Shown piece by piece: positions 63,621 through 64,000 of a DNA stretch of 64,000 nucleotides. The first letter of the stretch is position 1. The number at the start of each line of letters is the position of its first letter. The notes beneath the pieces are model-generated. The model saw only the letters and a list, made by a program, of their open reading frames with translations. It had not been told where the DNA came from and did not search any database. Source of the DNA: a bacterium (GTDB taxonomy: Bacteria > SAR324 > NAC60-12); the NCBI GenBank assembly GCA_965205865.1, contig CBDBHR010000028.1, positions 64,001-128,000 on the forward strand. Reading direction: 5' to 3'. The translations under genes were made by a program, and so were the position numbers.

Positions 63621-64000
63621 TGCAGGAAAGAGCAAAATCATTGTTGCGCTTTACTACGACCGGCAGCGTCGATGATGGCAAATCCACCTTGCTGGGGCGG
63701 CTTTTGTATGAAACGCGCTCCATTTTCGAGGACCAGTATGCCTCTATTGCGGAAACCTCGAAACGCAGGGGCAAGAAAGATGTCGATCTGGCTTTGTTAC
63801 TGGATGGATTGGCTGCTGAGCGCGAACAGGGGATTACGATCGATGTGGCCTATCGTTATTTTTCCACGAAGAAACGAAAATTCATCATTGCCGACACTCC
63901 GGGTCATGAGCAATACACCCGTAATATGGTCACTGGAGCTTCCACGGCCGAATTGGCAATTATATTGATTGATGCCAGCAAAGGAGTGTTGACACAATCG
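63620..64000 (+). CDS. cysN: Sulfate adenylyltransferase subunit 1 (partial, runs off window)
   Basis: GTG overlapping the cysD stop; [41 protein letters not shown]. Confidence 0.95.
   Translation, partial: MQERAKSLLRFTTTGSVDDGKSTLLGRLLYETRSIFEDQYASIAETSKRRGKKDVDLALLLDGLAAEREQGITIDVAYRYFSTKKRKFIIADTPGHEQYTRNMVTGASTAELAIILIDASKGVLTQS

Overview
Bacterial window made of conserved metabolic and housekeeping flanks around a ~42 kb accessory region (~14.7-57.1 kb) that is heavily eroded. Left flank: IS5/IS66 relics, a BrnTA toxin-antitoxin pair beside a RAYT-like relic, an acoX-[sugar ABC]-acoABC acetoin-type operon, lapA, sppA, tRNA-Ser(CGA), DUF4416, an amidase and an enoyl-CoA hydratase. The accessory region holds a PLD-helicase plus Eco57I-like methyltransferase defence pair with a relic alternative C-terminus, two nonsense-inactivated defence-island genes, IS1595, two degenerate tRNA-like sequences, a 4741-bp tandem duplication of a peptide/nickel-type ABC unit, and many further DppC/DppB/DppA paralogues and fragments. 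It also has three attC sites with TA cassettes and no integrase in the window, an ORF-less group II intron 3' remnant that appears to sit in an attC core, nested IS elements and several genes collapsed by deletions. Right flank: miaA, a collapsed IlvD/Edd relic, ppx, ccmB, a quinone oxidoreductase, an IspB-like protein lacking both DDxxD motifs, cysD and partial cysN. All family calls come from motif recognition by eye; no searches were run.
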